A stretch of DNA of 64,000 bases from Acidimicrobiia bacterium (GTDB taxonomy: Bacteria; Actinomycetota; Acidimicrobiia; Spongiisociales; ZC4RG35). The DNA lies in NCBI GenBank assembly GCA_035281645.1, contig DATEDN010000099.1:7201-71200 (forward strand). Reading direction: 5' to 3'. Made by a program: the position numbers and the translations under genes. Under the pieces are notes generated by a model. The model was not told the origin of the DNA. It saw only the letters and a list, made by a program, of their open reading frames with translations, and searched no databases. Positions 1 to 8,551 of this stretch are shown in pieces (positions within the stretch are counted from its first letter, which is position 1; each line of letters begins with the position of its first letter).

Positions 1-875
1 CGGAAGTTGCCGCGGGGGTGGATTCCTTGCCCGCCCCAGTTGGCCGCCGACAGAAATGGAACAGTCACCTTCTCTAGGTCGATGGCGCGGGCTCGATGCC
101 ATTCGTCGTCGAGGGGATGGGCCTTGATGTCAGGGAACGACTCCACTCGGTTGGCGGCGAGCTCTTCTTCGGAAAGATCGACGGGGCCGGCGACCGACTG
201 TCCAGTGTTGGGGTTCACCGGAGCGCGCGAGCCGCGCCCATATTGGATCGGATTGATCTGACGCTCCTGCCAGCGCCTGGTGAATTCGCTGAGGATGCCA
301 CCGTGGTAATAGGCATCCCGGTAGGGATCGTTGAAACCCTCCCAGGCGATGATGGCGGCGAGGTGATCGGGCTGGCGCTCAGCCGCCGCCCACGCCATAA
401 CCGCGTAATAAGAGATGCCCATGATCCCCACCCGACCATCGCTCCAAGGCTGGGATGCCGCCCACTCCACCGACTCGGCGATGTCGTCGTACTCCTTCGG
501 ATTGCGCGGCCAGAGGGTGCCCGGCGACCATCCGGCCCCGCGCGAGTCGACCCGCACCACCACGTAGCCGGAGGGGACCCAGCGCTCGGGGTCGGTGACC
601 TCCCACGCCTGGTACTTCCCTGTCGAGCCTTCGAGAAGCGATGGGTCCTTGGCCACCAGCTTGTCCCACTGCATCCGGTAGATGGGGCCATTGAAGGGGA
701 GACCCTTGGCGTAGACACCATGGGAGAGAATCACCGGGTACTGGCCGTCGGTCTCGGGTCGGAAGACGTCGGCTCGCAGAACGGCCCCATCGCTCATCGT
801 CACCGGCACCTGGTAGTCGATGCACATTCCGTCGGCGGAGACGGTGAACGTGTGCTCGTCGCCGCGGGAGGTCAC
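1..875 (-). CDS. CocE/NonD (S15 peptidase-like) family hydrolase, N-terminal part only; the gene runs off the window start
   Basis: Absent from the ORF track because there is no stop inside the window. My reverse-strand translation from GTG 875-873 gives MTSRGDEHTFTVSADGMCIDYQVPVTMSDGAVLRADVFRPETDGQYPVILSHGVYAKGL...VVVRVDSRGAGWSPG...GIMGISYYAVMAWAAAERQPDHLAAIIAWEG. This is collinear with the paralog at 11543-13303 (VRVDSRGCGRSPG, GISYYAINQW, QPDHLAAICVWEG). GTGA start/stop overlap with the upstream gene at 872-875. Confidence 0.8.
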   Translation of the reverse strand, partial: MTSRGDEHTFTVSADGMCIDYQVPVTMSDGAVLRADVFRPETDGQYPVILSHGVYAKGLPFNGPIYRMQWDKLVAKDPSLLEGSTGKYQAWEVTDPERWVPSGYVVVRVDSRGAGWSPGTLWPRNPKEYDDIAESVEWAASQPWSDGRVGIMGISYYAVMAWAAAERQPDHLAAIIAWEGFNDPYRDAYYHGGILSEFTRRWQERQINPIQYGRGSRAPVNPNTGQSVAGPVDLSEEELAANRVESFPDIKAHPLDDEWHRARAIDLEKVTVPFLSAANWGGQGIHPRGNF

Positions 876-1975
876 CTGACCCGTCCGCCCAACCTCTCCG
901 CCATCCAATCGTCTGTCCAGGGAGCGAACTTGTAGGCCAGGTTGCTGACCCCGTGGGTGGCTTCGTCAATCGTGATCAAAGTGGCGTTGGGTGCCTCCGC
1001 AGCGATGCGCTGCGCATGGTCGACACCGATCAGAGGATCGAGCATGCCGTGGACCACAAGCAAGGGCTGGGAAATCTTCTCGGCGACGCCGGTGAGGTCG
1101 AGGGCCTTGGCTTTTTCTCGAGACTCCTCCGCCGATGACGACCACGAGTACTTGCGAAACGCATCTCTGGTCACCGCCGGTAGCTCGTCCCAGCAATCGA
1201 TCCAGCGATAGGGGCCGCAGTTGGCCACCGCCGCGCTCACCCGCGGCTCGAAGGCGGCCGCCCGGCAGGCGTAATAGCCACCCAGGCTGGCTCCGACCAG
1301 GCCCACCCGGCCGGCGTCAATTCGATGATCACTCTCCAGGAGATCGATGGCGGCGGAGACGGCCACCTCGTAGTCGTGGCGGATTGGCAGCTTGGGGCTG
1401 ATCTCGCCTTGGCCGGGCCCGTCGAGGCTGAGCACGGCCATCCCGCGGCGAAGCAGGGAGCCTCGCCCACCGTGGCGTTGCTCCTTGGTCGAGTCCAAGC
1501 CGGGGAGAAAAATCACCACCGGGTGGGGACCGTCGCCGGCCGGGATGCTCAGCAGCCCTGAGAGATCGGCCTTCGGAAAGGGTATGGCGACTTTCTCAAC
1601 CGCGGGCTCCATGTAGGGGAGAACGCGATCGTGACACTCCAACATCTTGGCCAAGCCGCGGGAATGAGCCTCTTCGTCATCGACTGAGAGGAAGTAGGAG
1701 AGGTGATAGCAGCGTGCCGCCGACACGAAATGGCCCACCGCCGAGAGGCGACGACCCTCAGCCCAGGCTGTTTCACCCAGCTCCTCGTGGCCCAGAGCCG
1801 TTTTCATCCATTCCGGGGCCCAGTCCGACCATGCTTTGATCCGGCCGACCGTCGTCGTGAGGTCGCCGATCTCGATCTGACCATGGAGAAACCGCGCCGC
1901 CCAGATGTCGAGGACCTCTTGAACCTGCGGGTCCTCGTGGTGCAGGGTGCGAGTGGTGGCGGGATCGACTCTCAT
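872..1975 (-). CDS. alpha/beta hydrolase with helical N-terminal domain (FrsA / 2,6-dihydropseudooxynicotine-hydrolase-like family)
   Basis: 367 aa ORF with a GASLGGYYA nucleophile elbow (GxSxG), VVIFLPGLDSTKE and a C-terminal ATHG. Assignment to the subfamily is from memory of the family architecture. ATGA overlap with the upstream gene at 1972-1975. Confidence 0.7.
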   Translation of the reverse strand: MRVDPATTRTLHHEDPQVQEVLDIWAARFLHGQIEIGDLTTTVGRIKAWSDWAPEWMKTALGHEELGETAWAEGRRLSAVGHFVSAARCYHLSYFLSVDDEEAHSRGLAKMLECHDRVLPYMEPAVEKVAIPFPKADLSGLLSIPAGDGPHPVVIFLPGLDSTKEQRHGGRGSLLRRGMAVLSLDGPGQGEISPKLPIRHDYEVAVSAAIDLLESDHRIDAGRVGLVGASLGGYYACRAAAFEPRVSAAVANCGPYRWIDCWDELPAVTRDAFRKYSWSSSAEESREKAKALDLTGVAEKISQPLLVVHGMLDPLIGVDHAQRIAAEAPNATLITIDEATHGVSNLAYKFAPWTDDWMAERLGGRVR

Positions 1976-3030
1976 TGGAGGGCTCCGGCGCTCTCCACCA
2001 TCGGTGCTACCGCTACTGCTTCACCGTTTCGTTGTGAGGATTCCAAGGCGGCGTGGACCACAGCCAGGGCTCGAATGGCCTCCAGGGCTCCCACCTCGAC
2101 GTCGGCCTCCCCCCGAATGGCGAGTGCGAACTCCTCCAGCTGCTCGCGGAACATGTCGGTGGAGGGGATGTCGACTGGGGGCCTCACCGACTCCCGATAG
2201 GCCTGGCTGACCAAGGTGCTCTTCGAGTCGACCAGGTGGGACTCATCCCAATTGTTGAAGTCGAGGTCGTAGAACAGATTGGCCTCGGTTCCTTGGAGCC
2301 GGAGCTGATAAACCCCAGGTGAGGCCCATCCCGTTCCCAGATAGCCAAGCGGTCCCGACTCGAACTCGAGGATCGACATGACCGCATCGGGGACCTCGGC
2401 CCGGGTGTAGAGCTTGCGGGCGTGGCTGGAAACGGCCGCCACCGGGCCAAGCAGGTACTGCAAATTGTCGGCGTGATGCACGCCGAGCTGGATCATCGCC
2501 CCGCCGGGGCTCTTGTCAGCGAACCACCTCCAGGTGTCAGTGGTCAGCTCCAGCCCTCGCTCGTTCGAGAAGTTCGCCTCGGCCAGCGAGACCCTCCCCA
2601 CTTTCCCGGTCTCGATCCATTGCTTCATTGCTCGATGCCCACCAAGCCGGCGGGCGCTGTGGCCGACGGCGAAGGGCAGGCCCGATGCGGCGGCCGCCCG
2701 GGCGATCACTCCCGCATCCTCCATAGTGTGGGCGATCGGCTTGTCGGTGTACACCGCCTTGCCGGCATCCAAGCTCTCCAAGATGACCGTCTTGTGCGTG
2801 TCGTTGGGCGTGGTCACCAGAACCCCCTCGATCTCGGGGTCGGCCAACAGCTCGTCCAGGGTTGCTGCCGCTTTGGGGATGCCGAACTCTTCCTGAAAGG
2901 CGGCGCGGCGCTCGGCCGAGCGCGAGAAACAGCTCGCCATCTCGATCACCGATCCTCTTTGAGCACCCCGTGCCAGAACCCTGGCCCACCGCCCCAACCC
3001 GATGGATGCGAGCTTCACCCCCTTGGTCAC
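1972..3030 (-). CDS. Gfo/Idh/MocA family NAD(P)-dependent oxidoreductase
   Basis: N-terminal Rossmann VKLASIGLGRWARVLA and a typical EKP-like DKPIA motif. The track ORF (to 3219) is trimmed to GTG 3030-3028, which forms a GTGA overlap with the cupin stop at 3027-3029. The upstream 63 codons are Arg/Pro-rich and overlap the cupin gene. Confidence 0.85.
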   Translation of the reverse strand: MTKGVKLASIGLGRWARVLARGAQRGSVIEMASCFSRSAERRAAFQEEFGIPKAAATLDELLADPEIEGVLVTTPNDTHKTVILESLDAGKAVYTDKPIAHTMEDAGVIARAAAASGLPFAVGHSARRLGGHRAMKQWIETGKVGRVSLAEANFSNERGLELTTDTWRWFADKSPGGAMIQLGVHHADNLQYLLGPVAAVSSHARKLYTRAEVPDAVMSILEFESGPLGYLGTGWASPGVYQLRLQGTEANLFYDLDFNNWDESHLVDSKSTLVSQAYRESVRPPVDIPSTDMFREQLEEFALAIRGEADVEVGALEAIRALAVVHAALESSQRNGEAVAVAPMVESAGALQ

Positions 3031-3413
3031 TCCCGTCCTCCTGCCTCGGCGTTGATCGTCAGGTCGAGCTCTTCGATGTTGCTGGCAAAGTCGTCGTGGG
3101 GGAAGAAGCAGCAAAGGGACATCGTCTCGCCCTGATTGGCCAAGGTGGCGTGGGGTGTCCGCGCCGGGATTCGGTACCAGCTGCCAGGTCCGACCGGATG
3201 GAAGACCCCATCGAGCCAAACCCGGCCCGTCCCGGCGACCACGTAGACGATCTCTTCGCTTTCCGGATGTAGGTGAGGAGACCTGGCGGGGACGTACTCG
3301 ATCGTGACTTGGCGCACGGTCGAAGCGCCTTGCCCCGCACTCCGGAAGGGATCGGAGGTCGTCCGTCCCGGGAATTCGCGGAATTCGAGTTCCCCTGGGC
3401 CGACGACGGTCAT
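3027..3413 (-). CDS. cupin domain protein
   Basis: 128 aa with the two cupin motifs (PARSPHLHPESEEIVYVVAG and RIPARTPH). ATGA overlap with the upstream creatininase-family gene. Confidence 0.75.
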   Translation of the reverse strand: MTVVGPGELEFREFPGRTTSDPFRSAGQGASTVRQVTIEYVPARSPHLHPESEEIVYVVAGTGRVWLDGVFHPVGPGSWYRIPARTPHATLANQGETMSLCCFFPHDDFASNIEELDLTINAEAGGRE

Positions 3414-4174
3414 GACCGACCTCTCATTTTCAAGATCTCCTCGACGGCTACCGCAATCTCAGTGGCGACGGTGTGGGCAAAGTCAGCCGCCGCTGCTTCG
3501 TCGGCCCAGGCCGGATTTCCATACCAGCCTTGGTTTGCGATCTCGGTGACATCAGTTATGTAGCCGTAGACCTCGCGCGAACGTCGCATGGCATCGAGCT
3601 CTTCGGCTCCTTCTGGTCTCGTGGGCATCCCAGCCCGGTCGAGGCGGGCCAGCTCGGGCTCGTGGGCGAGGACAGCGAGGGTCTCTATTCCTCCCCCGTG
3701 AGTGAGCTCGCCCCCAGCCGGCGCATAGATGCGCTGCGCCGTGTAACAGGCGTGGGCGGTAACCACGAGCACGTCGTTCTCGGACTGGAGGTCGGTGGCC
3801 ACCGAGTCGAGCGAGGCGATGTTGCCTTCATGCCAATTGACAAAGACGAAGGTGCGAGCACCCATCGCAACCATCTCTTCGCAGAGGTTGGCGAGATACC
3901 CCTCGAATACGTCTCGTCGCAACGAGACAGAGCCGGGGTGGCCGGCATGAATCGGGGTAACCCCGTAGGGGCCGGCGGGGACGATGATCGCGTCGAGGAT
4001 CTCGGCGAGCTCCACCGCCACCAGGTCGGCTGCCATCGTGTCGGTTCCACAGGGGAGATGCGGCCCGTGCTGCTCGATGCTTCCGAACGGCATCACGACG
4101 CGTTGGCTGCGGTCGAGGAGTTCACGGACGTCGGGCGAGGTCAGGTCGTAGATCGAGCGGGGGGTCGGGCTCAT
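3410..4174 (-). CDS. creatininase-family amidohydrolase
   Basis: 254 aa. VMPFGSIEQHGPHLPCGTDT and FVNWHEGN match the creatininase / mycofactocin-MftE family metal-binding signatures. ATGA overlap at 4171-4174. Confidence 0.85.
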   Translation of the reverse strand: MSPTPRSIYDLTSPDVRELLDRSQRVVMPFGSIEQHGPHLPCGTDTMAADLVAVELAEILDAIIVPAGPYGVTPIHAGHPGSVSLRRDVFEGYLANLCEEMVAMGARTFVFVNWHEGNIASLDSVATDLQSENDVLVVTAHACYTAQRIYAPAGGELTHGGGIETLAVLAHEPELARLDRAGMPTRPEGAEELDAMRRSREVYGYITDVTEIANQGWYGNPAWADEAAAADFAHTVATEIAVAVEEILKMRGRS

Positions 4175-5157
4175 GAAACTCCCCTCCCGGCAGGGATCAC
4201 CACCGCGTGGAGGGGCGGTTGGGATTGGAGGATTCGGAGGGCCTCGGCTGCTCCCTGTCGACGAAGAGCCAGCTCGCTCTCCTCGGTGTACCAGGACATG
4301 TGCGGTGTCAGGATCACGCGATCACCGATGCCCTCGAACATGGTGACATCAGGCGGCTCGTGCTCGAACACATCCAGAGCCGCCATCGCCGGCCGGCCTT
4401 GGGCGAGTCCGCTAATGAGGGCAACGGTGTCAACCAAGGCTCCCCGGGCCGTGTTGACCAGAACCGAACCCTCTTTCATGAGATTCAATTCCTGAGACCC
4501 GAGCAGATGGCCGCGGGCTTCCGGGGGAGCGTGCAGGCTCACGACATCAGCGGTGCTGAGAACGTCAGATAGTTTGACGAACTCGATATTGAGGTCTGCG
4601 AGGTCTCCGTTGAGAGCAGCGGGTAGCGGATCTGCGACCAAGAAGCGGTCAAACCCGACACCCTTCAGCATCCGGGCGACACGCCGACCGATCCGTCCGA
4701 ACCCGATCAATCCGACGGTGAGCGACGGCGGTAGATGGAGCGGACGCAAGTCGGCCACACCCCACGAGCCACTCTTCATCTGGCGGTCGGCCTGAGTCAA
4801 TCGGCGAAGGCAGGCGAGTACCAGGGTCACCGTGTGCAGGGCGACGGCCTCAGTTCCGTAGTCCGGGACGTTTGCTACCCACATGCCCAGCTGGCGAGCG
4901 GCGTCGAGATCGACAGTGTCGGTGCCGACACCGAGACGGACGATCGCCCGAGCCCGCAACGCTTCCAGTGTCCCGGCGTCGAACACCGGAGCGGCACCGG
5001 CGAGGATCACATCCGCTCCCGTCGCCACCGCCAAGATCTCGGCGCGGTTTCGGGCGTGACCCGAACTGAGTTCGACATCGCCGAGGATCTGGCGCTCGAC
5101 ATCAAAGTCGCCAAAGCGGGTTCCGAGAATCGCCACTTTGGGTCGGCCCTTGCCCAT
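4171..5157 (-). CDS. D-isomer-specific 2-hydroxyacid dehydrogenase family protein
   Basis: NAD site GLIGFGRIGRRVARML, plus NTARG and a C-terminal HMSW-type motif. The track ORF is trimmed to ATG 5157 (MGKGRPKVAILG) because the gene upstream ends at 5166. Confidence 0.85.
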   Translation of the reverse strand: MGKGRPKVAILGTRFGDFDVERQILGDVELSSGHARNRAEILAVATGADVILAGAAPVFDAGTLEALRARAIVRLGVGTDTVDLDAARQLGMWVANVPDYGTEAVALHTVTLVLACLRRLTQADRQMKSGSWGVADLRPLHLPPSLTVGLIGFGRIGRRVARMLKGVGFDRFLVADPLPAALNGDLADLNIEFVKLSDVLSTADVVSLHAPPEARGHLLGSQELNLMKEGSVLVNTARGALVDTVALISGLAQGRPAMAALDVFEHEPPDVTMFEGIGDRVILTPHMSWYTEESELALRRQGAAEALRILQSQPPLHAVVIPAGRGVS

Positions 5158-5165
5158 CGCCCTCG

Positions 5166-6146
5166 TCACCCAGCATCTACCGCTTCGAAGCACCCACTGG
5201 TTGCGCTTCGCTGGGCCGCCTCCAGCACGGCGACAACAGCCAGACCCTCGGCTCCGGACACCTCCGGGTGGCTGCCACTCCGGATGCAAGTGGCGAATTC
5301 GATCAGTTGATCGGTGACGGCGTCGAATTCGCTCAGTTGGATCTCAGCCGGCTCGGACTCGCCCCGACGCTGGTAGCTGAGAGTGGCGCCGTCGCGATCG
5401 GCGAAGGCAGCCCCCTCGGTGCCGTGGACGGAGAGGCTGATGCGCCAGGGGGTGAAGAAGGAGGAGACGAGGGCGCCTACCGCTCCGCTGGCGAACTCAA
5501 AGACCATGGCGGTGGATTCGTCGATCGGAACCGTGCGGCCGCGACGAGACACCGCTGCCACCCTGGTGATGGGGCCCGCAAGGTAGTGAAAGTTCTCGAT
5601 CTGATGGATTCCCAGCGAGGTCATCGACCCGAGAGGACTCTCTTCTTCGTCCCAGCGCCAGGCACCCTCGGCGAGGCGATTGGGGAGGGAATGATTCGCC
5701 TCCAGCGTTTCGATCTCGCCGATTTCGCCGTCGTCGATGAGACGCTTCATCTCTCGATGAGCAGCATGACGTCGTCGTTGGAATCCAACTTGCAGGACTA
5801 TGCCGCCCGCTTCCGCCGCCTTGAGGGAGGCTCGGGCATCTTCGACCGACAACGCCAGAGGCTTCTCGATGAAAACGTGCTTTCCGGCATGGGCCGCGGC
5901 CTCCACCAACTGACGATGGCTTTGGTGTGAGGTGGCGATGAGCACCGCCTGGATCGAGGGGTCGTTGAGAATGTCTTCGAGACTCGATGCCGGCTCACAG
6001 CCGAGGGCCGTCGCGAACTCCTTCCTGGTCTCCTCGGTGCGGGCGTAGCAAGACACCAGGTCCATGCCTGCGGCCACGGCCCCGCGAGCGAGTTCCTTCC
6101 CCCACCACCCCAAGCCGATGCTGGCCACCCTCACCCTCTCGGCCAT
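5166..6146 (-). CDS. Gfo/Idh/MocA family oxidoreductase (first gene of the minus-strand operon)
   Basis: 326 aa with VRVASIGLGWWGKELA Rossmann start and the EKPLA motif. Confidence 0.85.
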   Translation of the reverse strand: MAERVRVASIGLGWWGKELARGAVAAGMDLVSCYARTEETRKEFATALGCEPASSLEDILNDPSIQAVLIATSHQSHRQLVEAAAHAGKHVFIEKPLALSVEDARASLKAAEAGGIVLQVGFQRRRHAAHREMKRLIDDGEIGEIETLEANHSLPNRLAEGAWRWDEEESPLGSMTSLGIHQIENFHYLAGPITRVAAVSRRGRTVPIDESTAMVFEFASGAVGALVSSFFTPWRISLSVHGTEGAAFADRDGATLSYQRRGESEPAEIQLSEFDAVTDQLIEFATCIRSGSHPEVSGAEGLAVVAVLEAAQRSATSGCFEAVDAG

Positions 6147-6193
6147 GACTCTCCTTCATGCCTGATCGTCTCCCCCAAAGGCGATCCTAACCT

Positions 6194-6217
6194 CGCCCGC
6201 AATCGATTGTGCGGGCG
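6194..6217. promoter_or_regulatory. palindromic LacI/GalR-type operator candidate in a divergent promoter region
   Basis: CGCCCGC-AATCGATT-GT-GCGGGCG. The core 14-mer CGCAATCGATTGTG (6198-6211) has the central CG typical of LacI-family operators. It matches 12 of 14 positions of CGCAATCGTTTGTA at 10454-10467, which lies next to the LacI gene. Confidence 0.5.
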
Positions 6218-6238
6218 CGGCTGGCAGGGCTATAAAGG

Positions 6239-8548
6239 ATGGGCGTGGTCGAGATCCCCTATTTCGAGGCTCGCTCGTCCAAGCGACGGGAAGACCTTCG
6301 CTTCATCACCGGTGCCGGGCGCTACGTCGCCGACCTCGCCCCCCCGGAATGCGTCCACATCGCCTTCGTGCGCAGTACCGAGGCTCATGCCCTGATCACC
6401 GGGATCGACACCGACGCCGTTCTCGGAGCAGACGTGATTGGGGTGTTTACCGCCGAGGACCTGAACCTTGCCGATATCCCAGGGGACAGCATTGCCGCCG
6501 CTGCCCCCGCGTTTTCCCGGCCCCACCTCGCCCACGAGAAGGTTCGCTATGTCGGCGAACCCATCGCCGTGGTGGCTGCGAGGTCCGAGTCGGCGGCGGT
6601 CGACGGCGCCGACTCGGTCTGGGTGGATTACGAGCCCATTGCCGCCGTCGTCGATCCGCGCGCAAGTCTTGCCGACGAGGTGATCATTCACGAGGCGGCG
6701 GGTACCAATGTCGTTCACCGGACGGACCTCGCCGTGGGAGAGTCCTCGGGCGATTACGAGGTCGCAGTGGAGGTTGAGGTCGTCAACCAGAGGCTCGCTC
6801 CCAATCCCATCGAGCCTCTCGTCATCATCGCCATCCCTCAGGAAGACGGGGGACTCGAGGTGTACATCAGCCACCAGCGACCTCATGGCGTGCAGGCGCG
6901 CCTCTCCCAGCTCATTCCGATGGATCGAACCAAGCTCCACATCGTCGTTCCCGACGTGGGAGGGGCCTTCGGGATGAAGGGAATGACCTATCCCGAGCAC
7001 ACGGTGACCGCGGCTCTCGCCCTCCGCCTCGCCCAACCGGTGCTGTGGACGGAAAGACGTCGCGAACACCTGAGCGGAGGCACCCACGGCAGGGGCTCGT
7101 TCCACCGAGTGAGGCTCATGGGGAAACGGAGTGGTCGTATCGAGCGGGCCGAGATCGACATCCTGGCCGATGTCGGTGCTTATCCCCACAATGGGACCGG
7201 GATCCCCAACTTCTCCCGGCTGGTCGCTCTCGGCCTGTACGACATCGAGAACGTGTCGGTGAAGACCACCGCGGTGGTCACCAACGCGGCGCCGACCGGT
7301 TCATACCGAGGCGCCGGACGCCCCGAGGCCGCGTACGCCATCGAGCGGGCCGTTGATGCTTTCGCCCGGGAGGCGAATCTCGATCCCATCGAGGTGCGGT
7401 TGGCCAACTTCATACGGTCAGAGGCCCTGCCCCACCGCACGCCGACCGGTGCTGTCTACGACTCTGGCGACTATGGCGCCGCCCTGCGACTTGCCATCGA
7501 CCTGGTGGGGTTGGATCGCCTCCGCCAGGAGCAAAAGGAGCGTCGCGCCGAGAGGCGCAATCCCATTGGAGTGGGCTTTGGCGCCTTCGTCGAGCGCGCC
7601 GGGGGCGCCGTCGAAGGCGGGGAATACGGTCGTATCGAAGTTGACCGGGCGGGAGCGATCACTGTCCGAACCGGCTCGGCTTCCTCCGGCCAGGGCCACG
7701 AGACCGCCTGGGCGCAACTGGCGGCGGCCGCCCTCGGTGTTGCCCCGGAGGACGTGCGCTTCGTGGCGGGCGACACGGACGAAGTCGCCCAGGGCACCGG
7801 GACCTTCGCCAGCCGCTCGGCTCAGATTGGTGGAGCGGCTATCTGGCGAACTGCCCACGTGGTGAGGGAGAAGGCGATCGATTTGGTCGCCGACCTCCTC
7901 GAGTCGGCGTCGACGGATGTGTTGATATCAAATGGGATCTTTTCGATCGCCGGGGTGCCAGGAACCGAGATGAGCTGGTCTGAGGTGGCCGAGGCGGCCC
8001 ACGAACGCGGCGTCGACCTCACGGCCGAGGAATGGTTCGTGCCCGGCGCCCAGACATTCCCGTACGGAGTGCACGCCGCCGTGGTCGAAGTGGACCTCGA
8101 GACCGGAGAGGTGGATCTCCTCCGCATGGTGGCGGTCGATGATTGCGGCAATGTCCTCAACCCGATGCTGGTGGAGGGCCAGCTCCATGGTTCCCTAATG
8201 CAGGGAATCGGCCAGGCCCTTTACGAGGGAGTCCAGTACTCCGACCAGGGACAGCTGCTCACATCCACCCTGGTCGATTACGCGCTTCCACGGGCGAACG
8301 ACGCTCCTCCGATCACCTCCAAACGCCTGGTTCATCCGGCCCCCTCCAACCCCCTCGGGGCGAAGGGAACGGGGGAGGCGGGCTGCATCGGCGCTCCGCC
8401 GGCGATCGTCAATGCCGTGCTCGACGCTCTCGCCCCCTACGGAGTGACCCATATCGACATGCCGCTCCGCCCGGCGACGGTGTGGACGGCGCTGGCACAA
8501 TCGAAAGACCGTTCGAGCAGGTTGAAGACGGACAAGGGAGAGGGATAG
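6239..8548 (+). CDS. xanthine dehydrogenase / aldehyde oxidase / CoxL-family molybdopterin-binding subunit
   Basis: 769 aa. N-terminal RREDLRFITGAGRYVADL, mid GGAFG, C-terminal GAKGTGEAGCIGAPPAIVNAV. GTG 6245 is an alternative start with better spacing from the AAGGA. Confidence 0.9.
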   Translation: MGVVEIPYFEARSSKRREDLRFITGAGRYVADLAPPECVHIAFVRSTEAHALITGIDTDAVLGADVIGVFTAEDLNLADIPGDSIAAAAPAFSRPHLAHEKVRYVGEPIAVVAARSESAAVDGADSVWVDYEPIAAVVDPRASLADEVIIHEAAGTNVVHRTDLAVGESSGDYEVAVEVEVVNQRLAPNPIEPLVIIAIPQEDGGLEVYISHQRPHGVQARLSQLIPMDRTKLHIVVPDVGGAFGMKGMTYPEHTVTAALALRLAQPVLWTERRREHLSGGTHGRGSFHRVRLMGKRSGRIERAEIDILADVGAYPHNGTGIPNFSRLVALGLYDIENVSVKTTAVVTNAAPTGSYRGAGRPEAAYAIERAVDAFAREANLDPIEVRLANFIRSEALPHRTPTGAVYDSGDYGAALRLAIDLVGLDRLRQEQKERRAERRNPIGVGFGAFVERAGGAVEGGEYGRIEVDRAGAITVRTGSASSGQGHETAWAQLAAAALGVAPEDVRFVAGDTDEVAQGTGTFASRSAQIGGAAIWRTAHVVREKAIDLVADLLESASTDVLISNGIFSIAGVPGTEMSWSEVAEAAHERGVDLTAEEWFVPGAQTFPYGVHAAVVEVDLETGEVDLLRMVAVDDCGNVLNPMLVEGQLHGSLMQGIGQALYEGVQYSDQGQLLTSTLVDYALPRANDAPPITSKRLVHPAPSNPLGAKGTGEAGCIGAPPAIVNAVLDALAPYGVTHIDMPLRPATVWTALAQSKDRSSRLKTDKGEG

Positions 8549-8551
8549 CTC

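Noticed and set aside
96-935. 279-aa plus-strand ORF (and minus-strand ORFs 215-721, 379-969) at the left edge
   Set aside because: Their translations are low-complexity Arg/Gly/Pro-rich. The third minus-strand frame encodes a clear CocE/NonD N-terminal domain collinear with the paralog at 11543-13303, so these are high-GC shadow ORFs.
6230-7189. 319-aa minus-strand ORF antisense to the Mo-subunit gene
   Set aside because: It lies entirely inside a well-supported 769-aa XDH-family gene and has no recognisable motifs. It is a typical antisense open frame in GC-rich DNA.
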